Below, piece by piece: positions 1 to 13,316 of a stretch of DNA of 64,000 nt. The notes below the pieces were generated by a model. That model saw only the letters and a program-made list of their open reading frames with translations. It was not told the origin of the DNA and searched no databases. The DNA lies in contig NIVC01001965.1 in NCBI GenBank assembly GCA_002269645.1, positions 301,560 through 365,559 on the forward strand, read 5' to 3'. The position numbers and the translations under genes are program-made. Source of the stretch: Macrostomum lignano (lineage: Eukaryota). Positions within the stretch are counted from its first letter, which is position 1. Every line of letters starts with the position of its first letter.

Positions 1-400
1 TTAGTAAAGTAAGGGGCGCCAAACTCTTAGTAAAGTAAGGGGCGCCAAACTCTCTTAGTAAAGTAAGGGGCGCCAAACTCTTAGTAAAGTAAAGGGCGCC
101 AAACTCTTAGTAAAGTAAGGGGCGCCAAACTCTCTTAGTAAAGTAAGGGGCGCCAAACTCTCTTAGTAAAGTAAGGGGCGCCAAACTCTTAGTAAAGTAA
201 AGGGCGCCAAACTCTCTTAGTAAAGTAAGGGGCGCCAAACTCTCTTAGTAAAGTAAGGGGCGCCAAACTCTCTTAGTAAAGTAAGGGGCGCCAAACTCTC
301 TTAGTAAAGTAAGGGGCGCCAAACTCTCTTAGTAAAGTAAGGGGCGCCAAACTCTCTTAGTAAAGTAAGGGGCGCCGAGCTTTTAGTAAGGGGCGCCAAA
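1..400. repeat. Minisatellite, 26-28 bp unit TTAGTAAAGTAAGGGGCGCCAAACTC(TC)
   Basis: About 14 direct copies from the window start, decaying near 380-410. Confidence 0.97.
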
Positions 401-1447
401 CTTTTACTAAAGGATCGCCGACACTTATATAGCGATCCGGTTATGATTTCTGTTGAAATTTATTCATCAAAATTATGCAACAATAATTTGTTTTTTTTAG
501 TAGTTATTTCGTTCTTTTAGGTGCGAGGCCATAAAGTGTTTATATTTCGACTATTCATATACATATATAGACAAGTTGTTCAGTCTTTTCTGTCCAACAA
601 AAATGTGTTCGTACTTTTTTGGCGGAGGCCGGGGCTCATCTCCGGGTTCTGATAATTGGAAATTTCGCCTTTTCGTCAAGCTTGGTTGCTACTGACGCCC
701 ACACAAATTATTGATCCCAGTGGCTGGATAGATTGCGAATCAGAATGGGATAAATCTTGGCTTGTGGAGGGGATTCCACTCATGAGCTGGCGGGAGCTGC
801 AGCACGAGTAATTTGTTTGAGACGCAAAAAAAGAAGATTTTTCCAAGATTTCTGGAATGAAATCTTCGAGAGCGGCGAGGAATGGGAAATCCCTCCCAAA
901 GGGATTTGTCCCCTCCTGCGTAGGGGGGAATCAACAAGTTATGGGAGGGCCACTTTTTTCCGGTTACCCGTTTGTCACGCGGGGCTGCTGGCACTCGTTC
1001 GCTTGTTCACCTGGTTTTTCAATGGGAAACTTTGAATTAGGGTTACAGGGTTTTGCTAGATCATAAGCCAAACTTGTAACTTTTTTTGTTTTTCAAAAGT
1101 TGACTTTCTTTTAAAAGTGTTACATACGTGGATAAAAATAGAACATTTTCTATTAGAATCTGTTTGAGCTATGCCCTATCGCCGGTACCGTTCGCTGCAA
1201 TTTGATACAAATCTCGCTTGGCGTCATCCCGGTGTCGGTGGCGTCCGGTTTTCGGATCTCGAGGCTGCCTTGCTAAATTAAATTTTCATTTCTTCAAAGA
1301 CACTGGCATTACGGCTGAACCATTTCAAGGTGAGCCATTTTATAACGGTGGCAGTTGCTGCTACAACTTCAGCAATTCGTCGAATAAACAGGGCGCTACA
1401 CTCGCTGATCGTGTGGTCACGTGGCAGGTTTTTCCGGAAGTTTCCCG

Positions 1448-1666
1448 TTCTTCAGCACTGAATCCCCAATGCCTCACCTGCTGGACTTCCGAATTGCAGA
1501 TGCAGCCAGCAGGTGTTTTGTCCGAGCTGCGCTCACAAGTTTATCAAGCTGCTTTTTCATGAACTGCTGCCAGGGACCGGCAAGCAAGCAAAGTTGCGGC
1601 GAGTTTCCAGCTGCTCCTGTCTCTGCAGTGTTATGTCTCGACGGATTTGTCTATGGCCAAACCCAT
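1448..1666 (+). mobile_element. Dispersed fold-back/MITE-like repeat, family F, copy 1
   Basis: TTCAGCACTGAATCCCCAATGCCTCACCTGCTGGAC...TTTGTCTATGGCCAAACC recurs at about 47908-48072 (-), 54946-55246 (+) and 59589-59978. Confidence 0.85.
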
Positions 1667-2254
1667 GGCTCGCACTCATACACACAGGGTGCACAGCCGC
1701 CCCTCTTGACTTTCTAATCAAGAATGATTAGAGGTGGCCCGGATTGGTGTAAATCGCACGACAAACCTGTTGACCTCCCTTCAAGTTGTCGGCCCCTAAG
1801 CAACAGAAGTCTCTTCAATATGCGCCAGAAGAAAAGTCCGATATGAAATCCTCAGCCCCGCAACAGATGGCCCAGCGCCCAAGGTCGGCACCGCCTGCCC
1901 TATTTGTCCTGGCTCATCTGCCTTCTCATCATTTACTCCTCTGAGAGGTGATTGATGCTTTTGACCTTTGCATGATCCGTTCCCTTTCATTTTCCCTCAA
2001 ACTGCTGACTAAATTATGCGTAGAAACAGCTGCAGATCCGACTGAGTCATTTCTCCGTGGATTGGGCGTCTTGCCAGCTTTGAACTGGCAAGAATTTCAT
2101 TTGTAGCTGCTGAGCTCATGTTGCAGTCTGTGCTTCCTTCACCACATTAAATTGTAGCTTTCTTTTAAAGGCAATCCAGCTGTCGTTTGCTTTTTTCTGG
2201 ACAGCCTATTTTGTGAAATCGAATCCTGCCACTCTCCTTCTATTCGATCTTAGC

Positions 2255-3295
2255 TTCCTACTATACACTACTACCCGCTCTCTACTATCCGCTCTCTACT
2301 ATCCGCTCTCTACTATCCGCTCTCTACTATCCGCTCTCTATTCACCGCTCTCTACTCACCGCTCTCTACTCACCGCTCTCTACTACCCGCTCTCTACTAC
2401 CCGCTCTCTACGCGTACTATCCGCTCTCTACTATCCGCTCTCTACTATCCGCTCTCTACTATCCGCTCTCTACTCTCCGCTTTCTACTGTCTGCTCTCTA
2501 CTATCCGCTCTCTACTATCCGCTCTCTACTATCCGCTCTCTACTCTCCGCTTTCTACTATCCGCTCTCTACTATCCGCTCTCTACTCTCCGCTTTCTACT
2601 TTCTGCTCTCTACTCTCCGCTTTCTACTGTCTGCTCTCTACTATCCGCTCTCTACTCTCCGCTCTCTACTATCCACTCTCTACTATCCACTCTCTACTAT
2701 CCGCTTTCTACTATCCGCTCTCTACTACCCGCTCTCTACTCTCCGCTATCTACTATCCGCTCTCTACTATCCGCTCTCTACTATTTGCTCTCTACTCTCC
2801 ACTTTCTACCTTCTGCTCTCTACGCACCGCTCTCTACTCTCCGCTATCTACTATCCGCTCTCTACTCTCCGCTCTCTACTATCTGCTCTCTACTCTCCGC
2901 TTTCTACATTCTGCTCTCTACTACCCGCTCTCTACTCTCCGCTCTCTACTACCCGCTCTCTACTACCCGCTCTCTACTACCCGCTCTCTACTCTCCGCTC
3001 TCTACTATCCGCTCTCTACTATCCACTCTCTACTCACCGCTCTCTACTATCCGCTCTCTACTATCCGCTCTCTACTATCCGCTCTCTACTATCCGCTCTC
3101 TACTATCCGCTCTCTACTACCCGCTCTCTACTCTCCGCTTTCTACTCTCCGCTCTCTACTATCCGCTCTCTACTCTCCGCTCTCTACTATCCGCTTTATA
3201 CTGTCTGCTCTCTACTCTCCGCTCTCTACTATCCGCTTTCTACTATCCGCTCTCTACTATCCGCTCTCTACTCTCCGCTCTCCGCTCTCCACTCT
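2255..3295. repeat. Minisatellite, 14 bp unit CTCTACTATCCGCT
   Basis: About 70 copies. It explains the spurious ORFs 2213..3301 and 2785..3396. Confidence 0.97.
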
Positions 3296-3705
3296 GCGTA
3301 ATCCTGCATCTCTTTTCCCCCATCCACTCCCGCTATTTCCCGCTCCCCACCTTTCTTCCAGTTCAGCCTAGCGTTAAAAACGCCTCTCCAGTCTGACTGT
3401 CGGCACTTGCAATTCATTTTAATCAGCGTCCCGTGACTGGCCTGAATGCATTCGCAGGCCTCTCTTACTAACTCATTGTCTAGAGAATGGCTCAGAGAGA
3501 GAATTTAGGTCTCAATTTGCAGACGATGGCCCAGCAACCAAAAAGCGCTTTAGCCAGGCTGCAATCAGCGAACGTTTTTATTCATTAGTATCTGGTTCGT
3601 CTATGTGATTCACTGTCGTGGTTATTTCTTCTCATTGCCATAATAGGACTTATAGGATTTTTAATAACGACTCTAAAAGCTATCTGAATTTTGCTTGGGA
3701 TAACT

Positions 3706-4480
3706 TGCGTGAGACAGAGATTGAGAGTGAGACTGTGGGTGACAGTGAGACAGTGGGTGAGAGTGAGACATTGGGTGAGAGTGAGACAGTGGGTGAGAGT
3801 GAGACAGTGGGTGAGAGTGAGACAGTGGGTGAGAGTGAGACAGAGATTGAGAGTGAGACAGAGATTGAGAGTGAGACAGAGATTGAAAATGAGACAGGGA
3901 TTGAGAGTGAGACAGAGATTGAGAGTGAAACAGAGATTGAGAGTGAGACAGAGATTGAGAGTGAGACAGAGATTGAAAATGAGACAGGGATTGAGAGTGA
4001 GACAGAGATTGAGAGTGAGACAGAGATTGAGAGTGAGACAGAGATTGAGAGTGAGACAGAGATTGAGAGTGAGACAGAGATTGAGAGTGAGACAGAGATT
4101 GAGAGTGAGACAGAGATTGAGAGTGAGACAGTGGGTGAGAGTGAGACAGAGATTGAGAGTGAGACAGATATTGAGAGTGAGACAGATATTGAGAGTGAGA
4201 CAGAGATTGAGAGTGAGACAGAGATTGAGAGTGAGACAGTGAGTGAGAGTGAGACAGTGAGTGAGAGTGAGACAGAGATTGAGAGTGAGACAGAGATTGA
4301 GAGTGAGACAGAGATTGAGAGTGAGACAGAGATTGAGATTGAGACAGAGATTGAGAGTGAGACAGAGATTGAGAGTGAGTCAGAGATTGAGAGTGAGGCA
4401 GAGATTGAGAGTGAGGCAGAGATTGAGAGTGAGGCAGAGATTGAGAGTGAGACAGAGAGTGAGGCAGAGACAGAGACAGA
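3706..4480. repeat. Minisatellite, 18 bp unit GAGAGTGAGACAGAGATT
   Basis: Direct tandem array. Both strands give low-complexity ORFs. Confidence 0.96.
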
Positions 4481-4489
4481 AAGTCAGGG

Positions 4490-4592
4490 TTGCAGTACAG
4501 CCTGTGTGCATGAGTGCAGTGCTTGCGTACAGTATTGGTGCGCTTGAAAGTGCTCAGGAGTCAGTGGAACGGGCAGAACTGCCTCAGAGCTG
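4490..4592 (+). mobile_element. Body fragment of tRNA-derived SINE family S1
   Basis: CCTGTGTGCATGAG...GTACAGTATTGG...GCTCAGGAGTCAGTGGAA matches the copies at 16.65, 22.95 and 57.7 kb. Confidence 0.7.
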
Positions 4593-5294
4593 GTTGTGGG
4601 ACCGATGTCAACGAAGGCCACCTGTGAATAGTTATCTTCCATCAATTATATCATTCTCTTATGACAAGAAACAGAACGCTGCACTTTTATCGTTGGCAAC
4701 AAGGACATTTTCTTTTTATAGCCAGCAAGGAAAGGCCCTCATCAAAATCTTTCTCATCTGCAGCTCCGCCCTCTGGTTGACCGGATTTCGGCTAAGAATC
4801 GTTGCTGGGCAAAGCAGTCTCTCGAAGAAGGCTGATATGGCGGATAAAACCAGCGGATGAAAAGAAGTTAAGTGGGGCTCTGGACTCGCTTCGGCCTCTC
4901 AAATGTATCTATATATTTTTTCCTTGTTGCCCCACCCCACCGAGCGCGCGCGCTCTTCCGGCCGAGGAAATCGAGAGAAGCCGCCCGCTGGCTTCATCAG
5001 AGTCCCCTTCTGCTGCTCTGCGGAGCTCTCTCTGCTTCTGTTTGAGGACTCTCTCCCCCCTCTCTCTCACTCTCTGTCTCCAGGCTATTCAACTGCCTGA
5101 GCCCAATTTGCCTTATGCAATTCTGCTCAGGATTTCGGTGTTTGCGTGTACCCTATTGCGAACGATACCTGCCTGCGGGAGATACACGCAGACGGGAAAG
5201 CAGCTTCCCTGGATTTAAGCGCTTAGAAAAATTCTCCCCGATTTACACCGAGAGCATTTGATGGACTGACAGGAAGTAAATCAAGGTCACGTGT

Positions 5295-6020
5295 GTGAGA
5301 GTGAGACAGAGGGGGAGAGTGAGACATTGGGTGAGAGTGAGACAGAGGGTGAGAGTGAGACATTGGGTGAGAGTGAGACAGTGAGTGAGAGTGAGATAGT
5401 GGGTGAGAGTAAGACAGAGGGGAGAGTGAGACATTGGGTGAGAGTGAGCCAGTGGGTGAGAGTGAGCCAGTGGGTGAGAGTGAGCCAGTGGGTGAGAGTG
5501 AGACAGAGGGTGAGAGTGAGACATTGGGTGAGAGTGAGCCAGTGGGTGAGAGTGAGACAGAGATTGAGAGTGAGACATTGGGTGAGAGTGAGACATTGGG
5601 TGAGAGTGAGACATTGGGTGAGAGTGAGACAGAGGGTGAGAGTGAGACATTGGGTGAGAGTGAGACACTGGGTGAGAGTGATACATTGGGTGAGAGTGAG
5701 CCAGTGGGTGAGAGTGAGCCAGTGGGTGAGAGTGAGACATTGGGTGAGAGTGAGACAGAGGGTGAGAGTGATACATTGGGTGAGAGTGAGCCAGTGGGTG
5801 AGAGTGAGACAGAGGGTGAGAGTGAGACATTGGGTGAGAGTGAGCCAGTGGGTGAGAGTGAGACAGAGGGTGAGAGTGAGACATTGGGTGAGAGTGAGCC
5901 AGTGGGTGAGAGTGAGACATTGGGTGAGAGTGAGACAGAGGGTGAGAGTGAGACATTGGGTGAGAGTGAGACATTGGGTGAGAGTGAGACAGAGGGTGAG
6001 AGTGAGCCAGTGGGTGAGAA
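5295..6020. repeat. Minisatellite, 18 bp unit GGTGAGAGTGAGACATTG (same family as the 3.7 kb array)
   Basis: Direct tandem array in the same orientation as 3706-4480. Confidence 0.96.
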
Positions 6021-6714
6021 CCAAAGCCAAATTGCCAGCTCATTCTCTGAGGCTTGGATTCTCTCCGACTCGAGCCGGGACGTCCGTGCGTGAGGGCGCA
6101 TACGAGGGGGCTGCGTTGTTGTCCGCTCGTCCCCCTCAGCCTCCCAGGGCACCTACTTAAACCTGGCCTCATCGCTACTCAGTCAGCTGCTGCCCCCGCA
6201 CTCCGCACCTCACTCCTGCCACGTTTTGGTTTGGTTGGCTGGGCGGCGTGGGGGCGGCGGCGAGATGAGTTCATCTCAGGTCAAGCTTTGCCGCGCCTTC
6301 TCTTATTCAGCCCTGGATGAGCAGCTGGGGCTGGCCTGGATCGGGAGGGGGCGGTTCTGCCTGGGGTTTGAGCTTCTGTCCCTCAATCACTTTCCCAATC
6401 CTCCCAAGCAGTCGCAGTTGAGATGAGCTCACTTTTCTTACTTTTAAAGAGCTGCCATTAAAGCCCCTTTCTCCTTCTCGCCTTAAATTTGCTTTTGCAC
6501 GCCTCCGCGATACCGCCCGCCTCACACGGATGCTCTCTAATTACTCTTGCTTTATGAGGCTTCGGTTCTTCAAGATCTCTTAGATGTCCCAGGCAGTGCT
6601 GCATACATTTTGAAAACAGCCATGAGTGGCAAATTGCAGTAGTATACAGTTTTTGATAATTTTTTACAATTTTAGCAATGTCCGCGCACCATAGCTACAA
6701 TGATGCGAAGGAAG

Positions 6715-7325
6715 AAAATGACTAAAAATAGTGATCAACAATGACTTATAATAGTGATCAACAATGACTGAAAATAGTGATCAACAATGACTGAAAATAG
6801 TGATTAACAATGACTGAAAATAGTGATCAACAATGACTGAAAATAGTGATCAACAATGACTGAAAATAGTGATCAACAATGACTGAAAATAGTGATCAAC
6901 AATGACCGAAGATACGAGTTGGTGATCAACAATGACCGAAGATACGAGTTGGTGATCAACAATGACCGAAAATACGAGTTGGTGATCAACAATGACCGAA
7001 GATACGAGTTGGTGATCAACAATGACCGAAAATACGAGTTGGTGATCAACAATGACCGAAGATACGAGTTGGTGATCAACAATGACCGAAAATACGAGTT
7101 GGTGATCAACAATGACCGAAGATACGAGTTGGTGATCAACAATGACCGAAAATACGAGTTGGTGATCAACAATGACCGAAGATACGAGTTGGTGATCAAC
7201 AATGACCGAAGATACAATGACCGAAGATACGAGTTGGTGATCAACAATGACCGAAGATATGAGTTGGTGATCAACAATGACCGAATCAACAATACGAAAA
7301 TAGCGATCAACAATGACCGAAATGA
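6715..7325. repeat. Compound minisatellite: 23 bp unit grading into a 30 bp unit GGTGATCAACAATGACCGAAGATACGAGTT
   Basis: Both unit types share the core GTGATCAACAATGAC. Confidence 0.96.
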
Positions 7326-7916
7326 ATGGCACTAACTGAAAAGTACAGAGCAATTTTCAATTTGGCAATCATGCCGCCTGCAATGCATGACTGTCGAGAA
7401 GCCGCTGCCACAATGCGAAGAAAAAGAATTCTTAATTGAACTCTTTGAATCTGGAATATAATCAGATGGCCGGGTAGTCAGGCCGGCCTCCCACGCTGAA
7501 GTCAAGAATCTTGTCCTTTGTCTTCGCTAATGGACCCAACTGTATCGTTGCATTAGGAAAATTTCATTTTTTTCGCCTCCGCCCACAAAGTCTTGGATAA
7601 AAGCCAAGTCTGCTGACTCTCCACTTCCTTCTTTTATTCCTCCATCTTTGTTGCGACCCAACCCCGTGGCGTCAACGTTTGCAATTGCGCAGCGCAGGGC
7701 GACTTTCTTGTCAATTGGGAATCGGGCCGGCTATAGAGCTGGCCGGCTTTTATCCGCCCCCTGCTATTCCCCTCACCCCTCCCCGACCCACCGAATTCAG
7801 CACTCCCTACACCCTCCATCACAGCCGTCCCTTCTTCCCCAACCACCAATCCATCCCCAGCGTCCCCTCCCGGCCGCCCCTCCCCCCAACCCGAGTGCCT
7901 CGCCAGCACCCCCACC

Positions 7917-9347
7917 ATGAACTATTTTAGCGGCACCGGGGGCGCTCCGCCGCTGCCCCAGCTGTTCTGTTATCCCGCTGCCTCCGCCCACGCATCCACC
8001 ACCGCAGCCTGTCTGATGGCCACCGACAATTCCAGCGACTTGCAAAACCGGCCGCCACGCCAGCTGGAGACGGCCCTCGGCGCATCTGGCGTCGCCGTCA
8101 TTCTCCTGGCCGGCGCCGCCGCCAACGCCGTCGCCCTGGCGCTGACCCTCCGCCGCGGCGCCCAGTCGAAGTTGCACTCGATTTTTGTTGGCAACCTGGC
8201 GCTGGCCGACCTGCTGGTCACGCTGCTCACCCCGGCCGCCTGGTATTTCTACGTCTGGCCGCCGGCCGCCGGCCACTCTCGGGCGGCCCGCTGGACCGAG
8301 GCCGCCGTGCAGGCCGCCCAGTCAGCCTCCGTCTGCGCCGTAGTGGCCGTGACAATCGACAGAACCTGCCTGGTGTTCCGGCCGATCAAGTACCGCCTGA
8401 GCCATCGCCGGCTCACCCCGATGCTGCTGGCCGGCCTCGCCTGGGTGCTGTGCACCGCCGGCCAGGCGCCCAGACTCGGCCTGGGCCCGGACGGCCGTCG
8501 CCTCTTCCAGCGGCTGCACATTGTCGCCGAATTCGCCGCCGCCCTGTGCGCCTTGGCCGTCTGCAACTTCACCATCTGCCGGCAGATTGAACGGAGCAGG
8601 AAGCTCAAGTTCCTGCGCAGGCACTCGGGCTACTCAACCGACTGCGGCGGCGGCGGCGGCGGCGGCGGCGGCTCCACCAGGCAGCTGCTAACCACAGGAA
8701 AGCCGTGCGGCCCCGCCGCCAGGAAGTGCTCCGTCCCCGTCAATGTCGGACAGACAGCCGCCGCCGCTGCCGCCTCCGCCGGCGCCGCCAAACTCCTGGA
8801 GAGGCCGCAGCGGAGGAACACCCTCTGCGATTTGGGCGTTGTTGGCTGCACCGGAGGCGCCGGCCCGGTCGGCGGAACCGCGACTCCTTTGCACCGCGGC
8901 GACACCCGCCTGAGCCTGCAGTCCATGCAGCGACTGTCTCTGGACGCCAATTCGCGTCGCTACGCTCGCCAGCGCGACTCCGAGGAGGTGATCAACGAGA
9001 TCCTGGCCAAGCAGCACCGCCGGGCGCTGCGGACCCTCGTCCTGCTGGTGCTGCTCTTCGTCGTCTGCCGGGCGCCGCGGGCGGCGCTTTCCGGCGCCGA
9101 GTGGCTCGGTCTGCTGCCAGCGGGGCTGTTCAGGCCCTGCAGCTTCTACCTGGAGCTGCTGGTGCACCTCAATAGCGTCCTGGACCCATTCGCCTACGTG
9201 TTCTGCGGCAACCGGCTGTGCCATCGGCGAACTCGGGCCGGATTTGAAGCGGCCGGAGGTCGCCTGCGAGCCTGCTGCTGCCGCTGCTGCCGCGGTGGCT
9301 GCGTCGGCGGGGACGAGGCCGATGCAGGATCGCGGTTCGACTTCTGA
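7917..9347 (+). CDS. Intronless rhodopsin-family (class A) GPCR, orphan, 476 aa
   Basis: Seven hydrophobic segments. TM1 GAAAN, TM2 NLALADLL, TM3 DRT followed by RPIKY, long ICL3 with poly-Gly, TM6 FVVCRAP, TM7 NSVLDPFAY, and a Cys-rich tail CCCRCC. Confidence 0.93.
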   Translation: MNYFSGTGGAPPLPQLFCYPAASAHASTTAACLMATDNSSDLQNRPPRQLETALGASGVAVILLAGAAANAVALALTLRRGAQSKLHSIFVGNLALADLLVTLLTPAAWYFYVWPPAAGHSRAARWTEAAVQAAQSASVCAVVAVTIDRTCLVFRPIKYRLSHRRLTPMLLAGLAWVLCTAGQAPRLGLGPDGRRLFQRLHIVAEFAAALCALAVCNFTICRQIERSRKLKFLRRHSGYSTDCGGGGGGGGGSTRQLLTTGKPCGPAARKCSVPVNVGQTAAAAAASAGAAKLLERPQRRNTLCDLGVVGCTGGAGPVGGTATPLHRGDTRLSLQSMQRLSLDANSRRYARQRDSEEVINEILAKQHRRALRTLVLLVLLFVVCRAPRAALSGAEWLGLLPAGLFRPCSFYLELLVHLNSVLDPFAYVFCGNRLCHRRTRAGFEAAGGRLRACCCRCCRGGCVGGDEADAGSRFDF

Positions 9348-9557
9348 TGCTGAAACTCGACCTCGTCGCCGTGCAAAATGCTTTGTTTTTCCTCGCTGAT
9401 GAGTGGGGAGATAAATAACAGTGACTATTGTTTAGTGGAGGCCTGGCGCGAGCTGCCAGTCCGGACCGTTGTACACTCCCCATCCCTTTCAATGTGTTTT
9501 CTTAATGAGTTTTGTACACATCTATTCTGCGAGTACTTACTGTTGTCCTTTTAGTAG

Positions 9558-9580
9558 TTCTGTCTGTGTGTTTGTCTGTG

Positions 9581-9627
<47 letters not shown>

Positions 9628-9628
9628 G

Positions 9629-9667
<39 letters not shown>

Positions 9668-9688
9668 GTGTCTGTCTGTCTGTCTGTG

Positions 9689-9731
<43 letters not shown>

Positions 9732-9752
9732 GTGTCTGTCTGTATGTCTGTG

Positions 9753-9833
<81 letters not shown>

Positions 9834-9845
9834 GCCTGTCTGTTG
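9558..9845. repeat. (TCTG)n microsatellite
   Basis: Direct reading. Confidence 0.98.
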
Positions 9846-10214
9846 TTAAAATACTGAGCCAGCGGGCCAGAATAGGCCAGCTATTAGGGCTGTTTCTATT
9901 GTTTATTTTGTGTCGCTTTTTAAAATCTAAATAGCCGTAGATCGGCCTCCGCTTGGATATACTGCTTAGCAATCAAAGGGAACAGTCTATCTATCAGATT
10001 TTGCCATAGACAAAAGCTATTTCTATTTTAGCAGTTTTCGCCCCGACAATGTCAAGCCTAAGCGCCATTTAATTTGTAATAATTTGTGTAATACTTCTTC
10101 TAAAATATATCATCGTCCTATCTGTAAGTATTGCACCTTAATAAATGTACTTTTTCACTGAAGATACTAGAACTACATGTACATACTCTTTTGCGGTCTT
10201 CCTACCTGCTAATT

Positions 10215-11125
10215 TATTGGTAGGAGCTGAGGTGCTAATATGGTAACTAAGTGCTAATGGGGTAACCAGCTGAGGTGCTAATGGGGTAACCAGCTGAGGT
10301 GCTAATGGGGTAACCAGCTGAAGCGCTAATGGGGTAACCAGCTGAAGTGCTAATGGGGTAACCAGCTGAGGTGCTAATGGGGTAACCAGCTGAGGTGCTA
10401 ATGGGGTAACCAGCTGAGGTGCTAATGGGGTAACCAGCTGAGGTGCTAATGGGGTAACCAGCTGAGGTGCTAATGGGGTAACCAGCTGAGATGCTAATGG
10501 GTTAACCAGCTGAGGTGCTATTGGGGCAAACAGATGAGATGCTAATGGGGTGACCAGATGAAGTGCCAATGGGGTAACCAGCTGAAGCGCTAATGGGGTG
10601 ACCAGCTGAAGCGCTAATGGGGTAACGAGCTGAAGCGCTAATGGGGTAACCAGCTGAAGCGCTAATGGGGTAACCAGCTGAGGTGCTAATGGGGTAACCA
10701 GCTGAAGCGCTAATGGGGTAACCAGCTGAAGTGCTAATGGGGTAACCAGCTGAGGTGCTAATGGGGTAACCAGCTGAGGTGCTAATGGGGTAACCAGCTG
10801 AGGTGCTAATGGGGTAACCAGCTGAGATGCGATTGGAGTAACCAGCTGAGGTGCTAATGGGGTAACCAGCTGAGGTGCTAATGGGGTAACCAGCTGAGGT
10901 GCTAATGGGGTAACCAGCTGAAGTGCTAATGGGGTAACCAGCTGAGGTGCTAATGGGGTAACCAGCTGAGGTGCTAATGGGGTAAGCAGCTGAGGTGCTA
11001 TTGGGGCAAACAGATGAGATGCTATTGGGGTGACCAGCTGAAGTGCTAATGGGGTAACCAGCTGAGGTGCTAATGGGGTAACCAGCTGAGGTGCTATTGG
11101 GGTAACCAGCTGAGGTGCTAATGGA
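10215..11125. repeat. Minisatellite, 24 bp unit GCTAATGGGGTAACCAGCTGAGGT
   Basis: About 37 copies. It explains ORF 10138..11142. Confidence 0.97.
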
Positions 11126-11639
11126 GCGTTCAAGTTGACCAAATTTAAGACACCTTAGAGCGAATGTTTATCGGATGTTACCAAAACGTTAACTCTTTAC
11201 TCTATATTAGTATTTTCTCTTTTCAAGGCCCAGAAAATTCTTGCTGAAAGAAACAATATCGACGATTGCTTTGAGAGCGGAAGGCTGCCTCGCCCACTCA
11301 CTAACTACTCGTATATATTGACCCAACCAGCTCTGGCGGCACGTGTAGCACTTAGCAAGGATTAACTACTCAAGAATGAATTATCGCGCACTGTATTATC
11401 CAGATTGCCTTATCTTACGCTTTTGATTTTAGTCAAATTTTGCTAAACTCTTTTTTAACCTTCTTAGCGCTGATTTCAATCAAGGATAGCGCTTACATTT
11501 AGTAATTGGTTAGAGATCTAGTATATTTAGATTTGCTGGATCCTACTTAGTGCTGCCCTCTTAAATTGTATAGCTGCTGACAAAGTAAGCAAACTATGAA
11601 ACAGGTTGTCCTGGAAGGTAAAGAGGGAATTCTTGAGGG

Positions 11640-11885
11640 TAAAGGGGAATCTCAGAATGTGATGGGGAATCTCAGAATGTGATGGGGAATCTCAGAATGT
11701 GATGGGGAATCTCAGAATGTGATGGGGAATCTCAGAATGTGATAGGGAATTCCAGAATGTGATTGGGAATCCCAGAATGTGATGGGAAATCCTAGAATGT
11801 CATAGGAAATCCCAGAATGTGATAGGGAATCCTAGAATGTGATAGGGAATCCCAGAATGTGATAGGGAATTTCAGAATGTGATAA
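11640..11885. repeat. Minisatellite, 20 bp unit GGGGAATCTCAGAATGTGAT
   Basis: About 12 copies, diverging toward the 3' side. Confidence 0.95.
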
Positions 11886-12439
11886 GGTCCCATAAAGAAG
11901 CCTTATTTGATTAGATTATAAGACTCGAAGGCTCCCAGAAGTAACTAGGCAATTATGATGTCGCCATTCTATATATAGTGATGTAGAATTCTGCATTTGC
12001 AGTTTTCACTGTCAACCAGCAGTTCGGGATAGAAATGTAGTTTTCCTAGAATGCAAATTTTGCAGAATCTGGTCGGCTGGCCCCTAGGCTAGCGAAGACA
12101 ACCCAGAGCTGTGTGCACTTTTGCATAGCTGAAATTCCCCACGATGCTGCCCTGCGATGCGCAACATCTGCAGGGGCGGGGGATGGGGTTGGGCATTCGG
12201 ATCCAATATTCGACCAAAGTCGAAGTCAAATTGGTGGAATTGGCTATGACAGCAATCAACCCAGCCAAAGACACATGGGATTTCTCCCCCCCTCGGAAAC
12301 AATTGCCCTGCGGCAGCCAGATAAGGATCCTACACGATAGGTGAAGATTAAGTACTTGTAGTAGGCTGCGACCTACTTTTGGATCCTCAGGGTTTTGACG
12401 GAAGCCTGGAGCCATTGGAGATTTTAGAGGATCACTGAA

Positions 12440-12930
12440 GAGCATGAGCGACCACTGAGGATCATGACAGACCACTGAGGATCATGACAGACCACTGAGG
12501 ATCATGACAGACCACTGAGGATCATGACAGACCACTGAGGATCATGACAGACCACTGAGGATCATGACAGACCACTGAGGATCATGACAGACCACTGAGG
12601 ATCATGACAGACCACTGAGGATCATGACAGACCACTAAGGATCATGACAGACCACTGAGGATCATGACAGACCACTGAGGATCATGACAGACCACTGAGG
12701 ATCATGACAGACCACTGAGGATCATGACAGACCACTGAGGATCATGACAGACCACTGAGGATCATGACAGACCACTGAGGATCATGACAGACCACTGAGG
12801 ATCATGACAGACCACTGAGGATCATGACAGACCACTGAGGATCATGACACACCACTAAGGATCATGACAGACCACTGAGGATCATGGCAGACCACTGAGG
12901 ATCATGACAGACCACTGAGGATCATGATCT
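12440..12930. repeat. Minisatellite, 20 bp unit GAGGATCATGACAGACCACT
   Basis: About 24 near-perfect copies. Confidence 0.98.
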
Positions 12931-13316
12931 ACCACTCTGGATCATAAACGAATCATGAATACCATACTACAAGGGACCACGAAATATCAAGAAGAACCCG
13001 TGATGATAAATGAAGGACCACTAATGGTCATGAGGCACCCGATGAAGAGCATGAGGTAGCCATGCCCTAGAGACCATCAGGCACAGGTAACTGCAGATCA
13101 TGAAAGACCAATGAAGATTCTGAAATTGCCACTGAATCCAGCGAAGATCCTTTCCTTCAGGTAAAACAAGCCCACAGACTCAATAACATAATCCCAGCGA
13201 AATAAACAAGCCAACGAGTAGTAGTATGCGTCATAAGTAGTAGCTTTATTTTAACCGATCAGTGTTGAATTTCGCCAACTGGGAGCCATCCCTATCAGGT
13301 CAGCTCAACTGTCCAG

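Noticed and set aside
1-400. CRISPR-like appearance of regular 26-44 bp repeats here and elsewhere
   Set aside because: Units are head-to-tail with no unique spacers, there are no cas genes, and the context is eukaryotic.
740-2150. Short ORFs at 0.7-2.1 kb, also those at 12.1-12.5 kb and 15.3-16.5 kb
   Set aside because: No recognisable motifs, no consistent exon chain, and part of the 0.7-2.1 kb block is the family F repeat.
2213-6172. Long ORFs of 200-360 aa (LLSALYYP, ESETEI, SLSPNV repeats)
   Set aside because: They are translations of 14 and 18 bp minisatellites, open in several frames on both strands, with no splice or domain support.
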